Source of the DNA: an uncultured bacterium
Lineage (GTDB): Bacteria > Fidelibacterota > Marinisomatia > Marinisomatales > UBA1611
Direction: 5' to 3'
Assembly: GCA_965660855.1 (NCBI GenBank)
Contig: CBFIBM010000003.1
Coordinates: 1 to 64,000, forward strand
DNA length: 64,000 nt
The first letter of the stretch is position 1. The number at the start of each line of letters is the position of its first letter. Positions 21,154 through 29,953 of this stretch are shown one piece after another. Both the position numbers and the translations under genes were made by a program. The notes beneath the pieces are model-generated. The model ran no database searches, was not told where the DNA came from, and saw nothing but the letters and a program-made list of their open reading frames with translations.

Positions 21154-21564
21154 ATGGCAAATCCAATAATAACTAAAAAATATCATTTTTGTGCTTCTCA
21201 TAAATATGGTAATGATTATTGGTCTGAAGAAAAAAATTGGGAGGTTTTTGATAAAGATTATAATATTCATGGCCATAATTATATTTTGGAGGTATCTGTA
21301 ACAGGCCCTATAAACCCAGATACAGGTTGGTTAGTGGATTTACAGAAATTAAATAATATAGTCAAAGAAAATATTGTCAAAATTATTGATCATTCTCAAG
21401 TTGAATTAGACATTGAATGGTTTAAAAATAAACAACCTTCTTCAGAAAATATTTTGGTTTGGATTTGGAATGAGATTGATAAGGATTTAGAGGAAGGGAC
21501 TCTACATAAGCTACGCCTTGTTGAGACTCACTCTATTTACACAGATTATTATGGGCCAAATTAA
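21154..21564 (+). CDS. queD: 6-pyruvoyl/6-carboxy-tetrahydropterin synthase family (QueD/PTPS)
   Basis: FCASH, HGHNY, V.G...TG..VD, DH, SSEN, LVET; SD GAGG. Confidence 0.8.
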   Translation: MANPIITKKYHFCASHKYGNDYWSEEKNWEVFDKDYNIHGHNYILEVSVTGPINPDTGWLVDLQKLNNIVKENIVKIIDHSQVELDIEWFKNKQPSSENILVWIWNEIDKDLEEGTLHKLRLVETHSIYTDYYGPN

Positions 21565-21567
21565 AAA

Positions 21568-22224
21568 ATGAAATTCAAAGATAATTTTTATATCATTTTA
21601 TCTGCTATTTTTATAGCATCCCTTATAACTTGTAATCTTATTGCTAATAAATTTGTAACAGTAGACCTTGGTTTTAAGGTCTTTATTGTATCTGCTGGAA
21701 TATTGCCATATCCCCTAACTTTTTTAGTAACTGATTTAATTTCTGAATTTTATGGGCAAAAAAAAGCAAATTTAGTTGTGTTTTCGGGCTTTGTAGCATC
21801 GATGTTTGTTCTATTTTTTTTATGGTTGGGTAGCCAATTTAGTGCAATTCCAAGTTCTATAGTTGGTGATGAAATCTATAATACTGTTTTCCAAAATGCT
21901 TGGAGAATTATTGCTGCCTCAATGATTGCATACCTATTTGCTCAATTTATTGATGTAAAAATATTTCACTTTTGGAAAAAACGGACAAATGGAAAGCATC
22001 TCTGGTTAAGAAATAATGGATCTACTATAGCTTCACAATTAGTGGATACTACGTTAGTTGTGTCAATTCTTTTTATCGGAATATGGGATTCGGATCAGAT
22101 TTTCAGTGCTATAGTTGATGGCTGGTTATTTAAAATGTTAATGGCGTTCATAGATACTCCAATTATTTATGGAATAATTCACCTACTAAAAGGTAAGATT
22201 GATATAGCAAAAATTGAGGACTAA
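21568..22224 (+). CDS. Queuosine precursor transporter (YhhQ/Vut_1)
   Basis: YPLTFLVTDLISEFYG, AS..AY..AQ..D, LWLRNNGST..SQLVDT. Confidence 0.9.
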   Translation: MKFKDNFYIILSAIFIASLITCNLIANKFVTVDLGFKVFIVSAGILPYPLTFLVTDLISEFYGQKKANLVVFSGFVASMFVLFFLWLGSQFSAIPSSIVGDEIYNTVFQNAWRIIAASMIAYLFAQFIDVKIFHFWKKRTNGKHLWLRNNGSTIASQLVDTTLVVSILFIGIWDSDQIFSAIVDGWLFKMLMAFIDTPIIYGIIHLLKGKIDIAKIED

Positions 22225-22227
22225 AAA

Positions 22228-22791
22228 GTGCAAAAAAATATAGAAAGGATAACAAAACAACTATTGGAAGATATTGGTGAAGATCCAAATAGAGAGGGTC
22301 TTTTGAAAACACCATCCAGGGTTGCGAAGGCATGGCAATTTTTTTCAAAAGGGTATACTCAAAGTATTGATGAACTCATTAATAATGCGATTTTTAATGA
22401 GGATGCAAAAGATATGGTAATCGTTAGAGATATTGAATTCTTTTCATTATGCGAGCATCACCTAATACCATTTTTTGGAAAAGCTCATGTCGGTTATATA
22501 CCAAATGGTAAAGTTATTGGGCTTTCAAAAATTCCTAGAATAATTGATATGTTTTCAAGGAGGCTTCAAGTACAAGAGAGACTTACGCATCAAGTTGCTG
22601 ATGCTCTGAAAAATGTACTTAAGCCAAAAGGAGTAGCAGTAGTTCTGGAGGGTAGACATATGTGTATGCAAATGAGGGGTGTTGAAAAACAAAATAGCTT
22701 TACATCAACAAGTGCCATGTCGGGACAATTTAAAAAATCATCGGAAACACGATCGGAGTTCTTAGCAATTATAAATAGAAATATTGCCTAA
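22228..22791 (+). CDS. folE: GTP cyclohydrolase I
   Basis: [42 protein letters not shown]. Confidence 0.97.
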   Translation: MQKNIERITKQLLEDIGEDPNREGLLKTPSRVAKAWQFFSKGYTQSIDELINNAIFNEDAKDMVIVRDIEFFSLCEHHLIPFFGKAHVGYIPNGKVIGLSKIPRIIDMFSRRLQVQERLTHQVADALKNVLKPKGVAVVLEGRHMCMQMRGVEKQNSFTSTSAMSGQFKKSSETRSEFLAIINRNIA

Positions 22792-24179
22792 TGAAGAAGT
22801 TTGATATTGTGGTTCTTGGAGGTGGTCCTGGTGGGTATGTAGCTGCAATAAAAGGAGCACAGCATGGTAAGAGTGTCTGTTTAATTGAGAAAGAAAAACT
22901 TGGTGGTGTATGTCTAAATTGGGGATGTATTCCCACAAAGGCTTTATTAAAAAATGCGGAGATACTTAACTATGTAAAATCATCTGATAAATACGGAATA
23001 CATGTTGAAAATATTACTTTTGATTTTGATTTTAATATTCAAAGAAGTAGGGATGTTGCAAGTAGATTAAGTAAAGGAATCGATTTCTTATTAAAAAAAA
23101 ATAATGTTCATTTTATTAACGGATTTGGAAAGTTAAAATCAAAAAATATTATAAAAGTTAATAAAGGTAAAAAATATGAAAATATATATGGAGAACACAT
23201 TATTATTTCCACAGGAGCAAGGCCTAAAAAGATCTCTGGAATTGAAGTAGATGGGAAAAAATTAATAACTTCAAAAGAGGCTTTAGAATTAAAAAAAGTT
23301 CCAAAAAATATTATAATTATTGGTTCTGGTGCAATTGGATGTGAATTTGCACATTATTTTAATACCTTTGGATCAAAAGTGCATATAATTGAATTAGCCG
23401 ATCGAATCTTACCAACTGAAGATTTTGAAATATCTAAAGAATTGGAAAAAATTTTTAATAGTAGAGGTATTAAAACTTCAACATCTACTAAAGTTTTAGA
23501 GGCTAATGCTTTAAAAGCTAAAGCAAAAATACTTATTGAAAAAAATGGAATTCAGAAACCATTAGATAGTGAAATTGCTTTAGTTGCAGTTGGCGTTACT
23601 GGGAATATTGAAAATATTGGTCTTAACAACATTGGTATAAAAACCAGTACGGGTAAGATTGATACTGATAAAAGTAGTAAAACAAATATATCAAACATCT
23701 ATGCCATAGGAGATGTTTCTGGATCGCCATGGCTTGCTCATCGTGCCTCTGCTCAAGCTAACTTAGTTGTCGGGAAAATTTTAGGTAAAAAAGTTAATAA
23801 AATTGATAAAAATTTGATACCAGGATGTACATATTGCGAGCCACAGGTTGCTTCAATTGGATTAACTGAGCATGACGCCATTCAAAAAGGGCATAATATT
23901 TTAGTAGGAAAAGCTTCTTTTCAATCAAGTGGTAAAGCATTAGCATCAGGAAATATCGAAGGTTTTGTTAAATTGATCTTTGATAAACAGTACGGAGAAC
24001 TCTTAGGTGCTCATATAATAGGAAGTGAGGCAACAGAATTAATTGCAGAGCTGGTTATCGCAAAACAACTTGAATCAACAATAGAAGACTTAGCATATGC
24101 AATACATGCACACCCAACTTTATCAGAATCAATAATGGAAGCGGCATTAGATGCATTAGGAATCCCTCTTCATCATTAA
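22791..24179 (+). CDS. lpdA: Dihydrolipoyl dehydrogenase (E3)
   Basis: GGGPGGYVAA, GGVCLNWGCIPTK, GSGAIG, HAHPTLSE. Confidence 0.96.
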   Translation: MKKFDIVVLGGGPGGYVAAIKGAQHGKSVCLIEKEKLGGVCLNWGCIPTKALLKNAEILNYVKSSDKYGIHVENITFDFDFNIQRSRDVASRLSKGIDFLLKKNNVHFINGFGKLKSKNIIKVNKGKKYENIYGEHIIISTGARPKKISGIEVDGKKLITSKEALELKKVPKNIIIIGSGAIGCEFAHYFNTFGSKVHIIELADRILPTEDFEISKELEKIFNSRGIKTSTSTKVLEANALKAKAKILIEKNGIQKPLDSEIALVAVGVTGNIENIGLNNIGIKTSTGKIDTDKSSKTNISNIYAIGDVSGSPWLAHRASAQANLVVGKILGKKVNKIDKNLIPGCTYCEPQVASIGLTEHDAIQKGHNILVGKASFQSSGKALASGNIEGFVKLIFDKQYGELLGAHIIGSEATELIAELVIAKQLESTIEDLAYAIHAHPTLSESIMEAALDALGIPLHH

Positions 24180-24183
24180 TTCA

Positions 24184-24825
24184 ATGAGTAATAAAGCGCT
24201 ATCAGATTTTGAAGTATTGGATTTAGGATTAAAATCATTTAAAGAGGTATGGGAATATCAAAAAAAATTACAAAAGCAAAGAATCCAAAACAAAATTAAT
24301 GATACTTTAATCTTGGTTGAGCATTTTCCAGTTTATACATTAGGGAAAAATGCAAATAAAAACCATTTATTACAAAATAGAGATAAGTCTATAGATATAT
24401 TTAATATTGAAAGAGGGGGGGATGTTACTTTCCATGGACCAGGGCAATTAGTATGTTATCCGATCATTGATTTATCTAATTATAATAAGAATATCAATTG
24501 GTACATGAGAACTTTAGAGCAAGTAATAATTGAAACATTGGATAAATATGGATTAGAGGGGAAAAGGATTTCTGGCTTAACAGGGGTCTGGGTTGGTGAA
24601 AAAAAAGTAGCTGCTCAAGGCGTTAAAATTAGTAGATGGGTTACCATGCATGGTTTTTCATTAAATGTAAATCCTGAATTATTATTTTATGATGGAATCA
24701 TTCCATGTGGTATTTTCCATTATGGAGTAACTTCTCTAGAATTATTACTTGGCGAAAAGCAAAAAATGGGTAAAGTAAAAGAGGTAGTCATTGGTAAATT
24801 TAACAGTCTTTTTATAAAAAGTTAG
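24184..24825 (+). CDS. lipB: Lipoyl(octanoyl) transferase
   Basis: EHFPVYTLG, RGGDVTFHGPGQL, GVW, HGFSLNV, IIPCG. Confidence 0.96.
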   Translation: MSNKALSDFEVLDLGLKSFKEVWEYQKKLQKQRIQNKINDTLILVEHFPVYTLGKNANKNHLLQNRDKSIDIFNIERGGDVTFHGPGQLVCYPIIDLSNYNKNINWYMRTLEQVIIETLDKYGLEGKRISGLTGVWVGEKKVAAQGVKISRWVTMHGFSLNVNPELLFYDGIIPCGIFHYGVTSLELLLGEKQKMGKVKEVVIGKFNSLFIKS

Positions 24826-24827
24826 TC

Positions 24828-26831
24828 ATGGCAAAATTAAACGGATTTACGAAGAAGCAAATTTTAGATATTTACTATAAAATGTCATTATCAAGGGCAC
24901 TTGATACAAAAATGCTTATACTGCTGAAACAAGGGAAGAGTTTTTTTCATATGGGAGCTTCAGGACATGAAGCAGCTCAGTTGGCAGCTTCAAGTATTTT
25001 CAAACCAGGCGTTGATTGGTCCTATCCGTATTACAGAGATGGTGCATATTGCTTAGGTCTTGGAATGACTGCTAGGGAACAATTGCTCAGTTTTTTATCA
25101 AAAGCTGATGATCCAAATTCAGGTGGAAGACAAATGCCAATGCATTATGGTCATAAAGATCTTAAAATTATTAGCCAATCTAGCCCAACTGGATCACAGT
25201 TTTTACAGGCATTAGGTACATCTTTTGCTGCGAAAAATGATGGAAAAAATTCTATTGTTTATGTTTCTTCCGGAGAGGGAACAACTAGCCAAGGAGATTT
25301 TCACGAGGCATTGAATTGGGCTAGTAATGCAAAAGCACCTATCATTTTTCATATTCAAGATAATGAATATGCAATTTCTACACATAAATCTGAACAAAGT
25401 GCTGATTCTGTTTTTACCAGAGCAGCTGGGTATAAAAATCTTTCAAGATTTGATGTAGACGGAACTGATTTTTTTGAATCATACCTTGCTTTTAAACAAG
25501 CATGTGAAAGAGCAAGGAAAGGACAAGGTCCATCAGTTGTTGTAACAAATGTTGTTCGTTTACTTCCTCATTCTAGCTCTGATGATCAAAGAAAATATCG
25601 GTCTGAAGATGATTTAAATAAGGATCAAGAAAGAGATCCTTTAATTGTTTTAAAAAGCCAATGCCTTGAATTAAAATTCATTTCAAAAAAAGATTTTGAT
25701 AAATTAGATAATTTAGCGAGAGAGCAGGTTGAATCAGATGTTAATTGGTCTGAAAAACAACCATACCCTGATGAAGAAACTGCTTTAGATCATATTTATA
25801 GTTCGGATCCATTTATCAAAGAAACAACAGTTAAAACAATTAGAAAAAATATAGTGATGGTTGATGCAATAAATCACGCTTTAAGTGAAGAAATGTCGAG
25901 AAATAAAAAAATGTTAATTTTTGGACAAGATATTGCAGACCCTAAAGGTGGCGTATTCACTGCTACAAAAGGGTTATCAGAAAATTTTGGAGTGAATAGA
26001 GTGTTTAATTCCCCCTTGGCAGAGTCTTCTATTATAGGAACTGCAGTTGGATTGGCTGTTGCGGGATATAAGCCTGTTGTAGAAATACAATTTGGAGATT
26101 ACATCTGGACCGCAATGAATCAAATCAGAAATGAAGTGGTTACCATGCGATATCGTTCAAATAATTCTTGGAATTGTCCCCTGATTATTAGAACTCCTGT
26201 TGGTGGTTATATACATGGAGGTTTATGCCATTCACAATCAATAGATGGATATTTTATTCACATGCCTGGAATTTATTTAGCTTACCCATCAAATGCTGCC
26301 GATGCTAAAGGTTTATTGAAAATGGCATGTAGAATGAATGACCCTATTTTGTTCATGGAGCACAAAGGGTTATATCGACAAGGCTATGCTGCAACAGGTG
26401 AGCCTGATGAAGAGTATTTAATTCCTTTTGGTAAAGGCAGAATCGTGAATGAAGGAGATTACCTTTCAGTTATAACTTGGGGAGCAATGGTCCAAAAGAC
26501 TATTGAGGCAATAAAGTATTTAAACCTTGAGCCCGGTTATGTTGAAATTATTGACCTGAGAACATTAAACCCCCTTGATCTAGATATGATAAAAGCCTCA
26601 ATCAAAAAAACAGGGAAAGCATTAATAGTATATGAAGATAATTTAACAAATGGGCCAGGTGCTGAAATTTCAGCACTCATCGGAGAGAAATGCTTTGAGT
26701 ATTTAGATGGTCCTATTAAAAGAATCGCCTCTGAAGATTCTCCAGTACCTTTCAACTGGTTTTTAGAAAATAAGGTATTACCTCAAACCGAAGATATAGC
26801 TTTGGGTATTAAAGATTTATTGGAGTATTAA
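24828..26831 (+). CDS. 2-oxoacid dehydrogenase E1, fused alpha/beta (branched-chain or pyruvate type)
   Basis: GHEA, GGRQMPMH, GEGTTSQG TPP motif, HSSSDD; beta part GGVF, EIQF, HSQ, DLRTL. Confidence 0.92.
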   Translation: MAKLNGFTKKQILDIYYKMSLSRALDTKMLILLKQGKSFFHMGASGHEAAQLAASSIFKPGVDWSYPYYRDGAYCLGLGMTAREQLLSFLSKADDPNSGGRQMPMHYGHKDLKIISQSSPTGSQFLQALGTSFAAKNDGKNSIVYVSSGEGTTSQGDFHEALNWASNAKAPIIFHIQDNEYAISTHKSEQSADSVFTRAAGYKNLSRFDVDGTDFFESYLAFKQACERARKGQGPSVVVTNVVRLLPHSSSDDQRKYRSEDDLNKDQERDPLIVLKSQCLELKFISKKDFDKLDNLAREQVESDVNWSEKQPYPDEETALDHIYSSDPFIKETTVKTIRKNIVMVDAINHALSEEMSRNKKMLIFGQDIADPKGGVFTATKGLSENFGVNRVFNSPLAESSIIGTAVGLAVAGYKPVVEIQFGDYIWTAMNQIRNEVVTMRYRSNNSWNCPLIIRTPVGGYIHGGLCHSQSIDGYFIHMPGIYLAYPSNAADAKGLLKMACRMNDPILFMEHKGLYRQGYAATGEPDEEYLIPFGKGRIVNEGDYLSVITWGAMVQKTIEAIKYLNLEPGYVEIIDLRTLNPLDLDMIKASIKKTGKALIVYEDNLTNGPGAEISALIGEKCFEYLDGPIKRIASEDSPVPFNWFLENKVLPQTEDIALGIKDLLEY

Positions 26832-28136
26832 ATGGTTAATGATATAATTATGCCTAAAATGGGTGAATCAATTACGGAAGGGACAATTCTAGAATGGAGA
26901 AAAAAAGTAGGTGATAAAATTGAGTTAGATGAAATATTATTAGAAATTGGTACAGATAAAGTTGATTCTGAAATTCCGTCATCTTTTTCAGGAACAGTCG
27001 TTGAAATTTTAGCAAAACCAAACGATGTCATTGAAGTTGGAAAAGTAATTGCTAGAGTAGATTCGGAGACAAACGATACTGGTAAAGATGCAATTGAACA
27101 AAATCAATCAAATGAGTTATCAGAAAATCATTCAAAAAATATTAAAAAAGAAAATTTTTTAGAAAAGACTAATGCAAAACCTCCAGAAGTTTCATCAAAA
27201 GTTAAAATAAAAAATAAGAATAACTTTTTCACACCACTTGTTTTAAAAATTGCATCAAAAAATAATATTTCTCACTCTCAGCTTGAAAAAATTTCTGGCA
27301 CAGGCATAAATCAAAGAGTGACAAAAAAAGATATCTTAGATTATTTGGATAGTAATAATGATCCAATTAAAAAACCTATTGAACTAAATAATCAAAAAAA
27401 GAACGAAGAGATAAAACTAGAAAATAATTCTAGAATTGAAGAAATGCCAAAAATGAGAAAGCTAATTTCAGATCACATGAAGCAAAGCCTTGATACTTCT
27501 GCTCATGTATATTTAATGTCTGAAGTTGATATGACACAAATCGTAAATTTTGTTTCGCAAAAAGAGGATCAATTTTTTTTAAAAGAAGATTATAAACTAA
27601 CATATACACCATTTATTGTAGAAGCTGTTATGAAATCTTTAATGGATCATCCTGAAATGAATGCATCATTATTTGGTACAAAAATTCATTATCATAAGAA
27701 CATTAATATTGGTCTCGCCGTAGCATTAGAAAATGGCCTTATAGTGCCTTCAATTGCAAATTGTGAGGAGAAAAATTTTTTAGGTATATCAAGATCAATT
27801 AATATAATGGCTAGAAAAGCAAGAGAAAATAGATTGTCGATTGATGAAATTGAAGGTTCCACTTTTAGCATTACTAATTTTGGTGTCTTTGGAATATCCA
27901 TTGGTACTCCCATAATAAACCAACCAAATACAGGTATTTTAGGAATTGGTGCTATAAAAAAACAACCAGTTGTAATTGAATCAGGTGGAGTAGATTCAAT
28001 TGCAATTCGAAATATGATGATTTTATCACTTGGCTTTGATCATCGACTCATAGACGGTTCTGGTGGAGCAAAGTTTTTAAATTCTGTTAAAATTAGCTTA
28101 GAAGGTTTTAATAGTGAAAAATTTGAGGTCTTTTAG
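26832..28136 (+). CDS. Dihydrolipoamide acyltransferase (E2)
   Basis: Lipoyl domain ETDK-like GTDKV, E3-binding GTG, TFSITN, DHRLIDG. Confidence 0.95.
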   Translation: MVNDIIMPKMGESITEGTILEWRKKVGDKIELDEILLEIGTDKVDSEIPSSFSGTVVEILAKPNDVIEVGKVIARVDSETNDTGKDAIEQNQSNELSENHSKNIKKENFLEKTNAKPPEVSSKVKIKNKNNFFTPLVLKIASKNNISHSQLEKISGTGINQRVTKKDILDYLDSNNDPIKKPIELNNQKKNEEIKLENNSRIEEMPKMRKLISDHMKQSLDTSAHVYLMSEVDMTQIVNFVSQKEDQFFLKEDYKLTYTPFIVEAVMKSLMDHPEMNASLFGTKIHYHKNINIGLAVALENGLIVPSIANCEEKNFLGISRSINIMARKARENRLSIDEIEGSTFSITNFGVFGISIGTPIINQPNTGILGIGAIKKQPVVIESGGVDSIAIRNMMILSLGFDHRLIDGSGGAKFLNSVKISLEGFNSEKFEVF

Positions 28137-28957
28137 TGTCTATTGATAATGTATTAAAATTATATTCTGAGACCATTCGTTCTTCCTTTTTGCATTACGG
28201 GTTCTGGGATAAACCAGAAGAAGTTGAATTAGAGTCACTGACTTTAAATGATTTGAAAAATGCACAACTAAAGTATACTGAACATTTATGTTCATACATA
28301 CCTTTGAATGTAAATTCTATATTAGATGTAGGATGTGGTATAGGAGGAAATGCTGAATACCTCCTTACAAAAGGCTACAAAGTTGAAGCTCTTTCACCAG
28401 ATGATTACCAAAAGAAGATTATAAAAAATAAATTTAATGGCAAAATGAATTTCCATCACGCAAAATTTGAAAATTTTAATACAATTGAGAAGTATGATTT
28501 AATATTTGAGAGTGAGAGTGTTTGCTATATAAAGATTGATGCGGGATTTAAAAGAGCAAAAGAATTGTTAAATGAAAATGGATATTTATTAGCTTCAGAT
28601 TATTTTGTTTATTTTAATGATGATTCTAATAACCCTCACTTAAAATCATCGCATAACATGGAGCAATACTTATTAAGTGCTAAAAAGAATGGCTTTAAAC
28701 TCATCAAAAAATACGACCAAACATTAAACACAATGCCAACTTTAGATTATGCATATTATTTTGTTGACAGATTTGTAAAACCAAGTCTTGATTATGGATT
28801 GTATTCCGCAGAAAAAAATTATCCAACAATTACTAATATGATAAAAAAAATGGTTAAGACTAAGTGGGAAAAGAAAAAAGAACAATTAGATTTAATCAGT
28901 AGTGAAAAGTTTAAAAAGTATAGAAAATATATGATTTTTCTATTTCAGAAAATGTAA
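28136..28957 (+). CDS. Class I SAM-dependent methyltransferase (sterol/tocopherol MT-like N-terminus)
   Basis: LHYGFW, ILDVGCGIGG, ESVCY. Confidence 0.85.
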   Translation: MSIDNVLKLYSETIRSSFLHYGFWDKPEEVELESLTLNDLKNAQLKYTEHLCSYIPLNVNSILDVGCGIGGNAEYLLTKGYKVEALSPDDYQKKIIKNKFNGKMNFHHAKFENFNTIEKYDLIFESESVCYIKIDAGFKRAKELLNENGYLLASDYFVYFNDDSNNPHLKSSHNMEQYLLSAKKNGFKLIKKYDQTLNTMPTLDYAYYFVDRFVKPSLDYGLYSAEKNYPTITNMIKKMVKTKWEKKKEQLDLISSEKFKKYRKYMIFLFQKM

Positions 28958-29823
28958 TGCAAAACGTACAAAAAAAAATATATAAACCTAAAATAAAACT
29001 ACAAATAACAGATAATTATAAATTTGTTGATGATATTGTTAAGAAAAATAATTTAAATACAGTCTGTTCGGAGGCTCGTTGTCCAAATATTTATGAATGC
29101 TGGGATAGGGGAACTGCGACTATAATGATTTTGGGAGATGTCTGCACAAGAGCATGTGGTTTTTGTTCGGTAAAAACAGGAAAGCCAATATGGCATGACT
29201 CTATGGAACCTTATCGTACAGCAATGGCTGTAAAAAAAATGAATCTTAAACACGTAGTGATAACATCTGTAGATAGAGATGATTTAAAAGATGATTATGG
29301 TGCATCAATTTGGTCAGAGACTATAAACCAAATTCATAAACATGTTAAGGGTTGCAGTGTTGAAGTTTTAACACCTGATTTTAAAGGATATAAGCCATCT
29401 ATTGAAAAAGTTTTTAATGCAAAACCTGAAATATTTAGTCATAATATCGAATGTGTTGAAAGAATTAGTAAAAAAGTAAGATCACAATCAATATGGTCCA
29501 GGAGTATGAATGTTCTTAAAATGTCCTCAAATTTTGGACTAAGGACTAAAACTGGATTGATGGTTGGTTTAGGTGAAAGTTTTGATGAAGTCATAGAGAC
29601 AATGAAAGAAGCTCGTGAAGTAGGGGTAGAAATTTTTACCATAGGACAATATTTACAACCAACAAAGGATCACCTTCCAGTTGCACGATATGTCGAAGAC
29701 AGTGAATTTTTACAATATAAAAAAATTGGAAACGAACTTGGCTTCATAATGATTAAATCTGGTTCACTTGTTCGCAGTTCTTATCATGCTGAGGAAGGAG
29801 TAAAAGAGTTCTTAACCACGTAA
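28957..29823 (+). CDS. lipA: Lipoyl synthase
   Basis: CSEARCPNIYEC, CTRACGFC, VITSVDRDDL, RSSY. Confidence 0.97.
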   Translation: MQNVQKKIYKPKIKLQITDNYKFVDDIVKKNNLNTVCSEARCPNIYECWDRGTATIMILGDVCTRACGFCSVKTGKPIWHDSMEPYRTAMAVKKMNLKHVVITSVDRDDLKDDYGASIWSETINQIHKHVKGCSVEVLTPDFKGYKPSIEKVFNAKPEIFSHNIECVERISKKVRSQSIWSRSMNVLKMSSNFGLRTKTGLMVGLGESFDEVIETMKEAREVGVEIFTIGQYLQPTKDHLPVARYVEDSEFLQYKKIGNELGFIMIKSGSLVRSSYHAEEGVKEFLTT

Positions 29824-29903
29824 TTTTTCTGCTACTACTATTTTAATATGACAAATTTGCAGACTGATTATTGATCTTCCGACTAAAAAGCATGTAGAAG
29901 ACT

Positions 29904-29920
29904 CTGGTATGAAGATTGCA
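29904..29920 (+). promoter_or_regulatory. Sigma-54 -24/-12 promoter upstream of lon
   Basis: CTGGTATGAAGATTGCA has exact GG-N10-GC spacing and ends 33 nt before the lon ATG. Confidence 0.65.
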
Positions 29921-29953
29921 AATTAGATCTAATACCAAAAATAAGGAAAAATT

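Noticed and set aside
20725..21276. 183-aa minus-strand ORF and other short nested or antisense ORFs (e.g. 10823-11137, 43285-43593, 52830-53123)
   Set aside because: Shadows of well-supported genes, with no motifs
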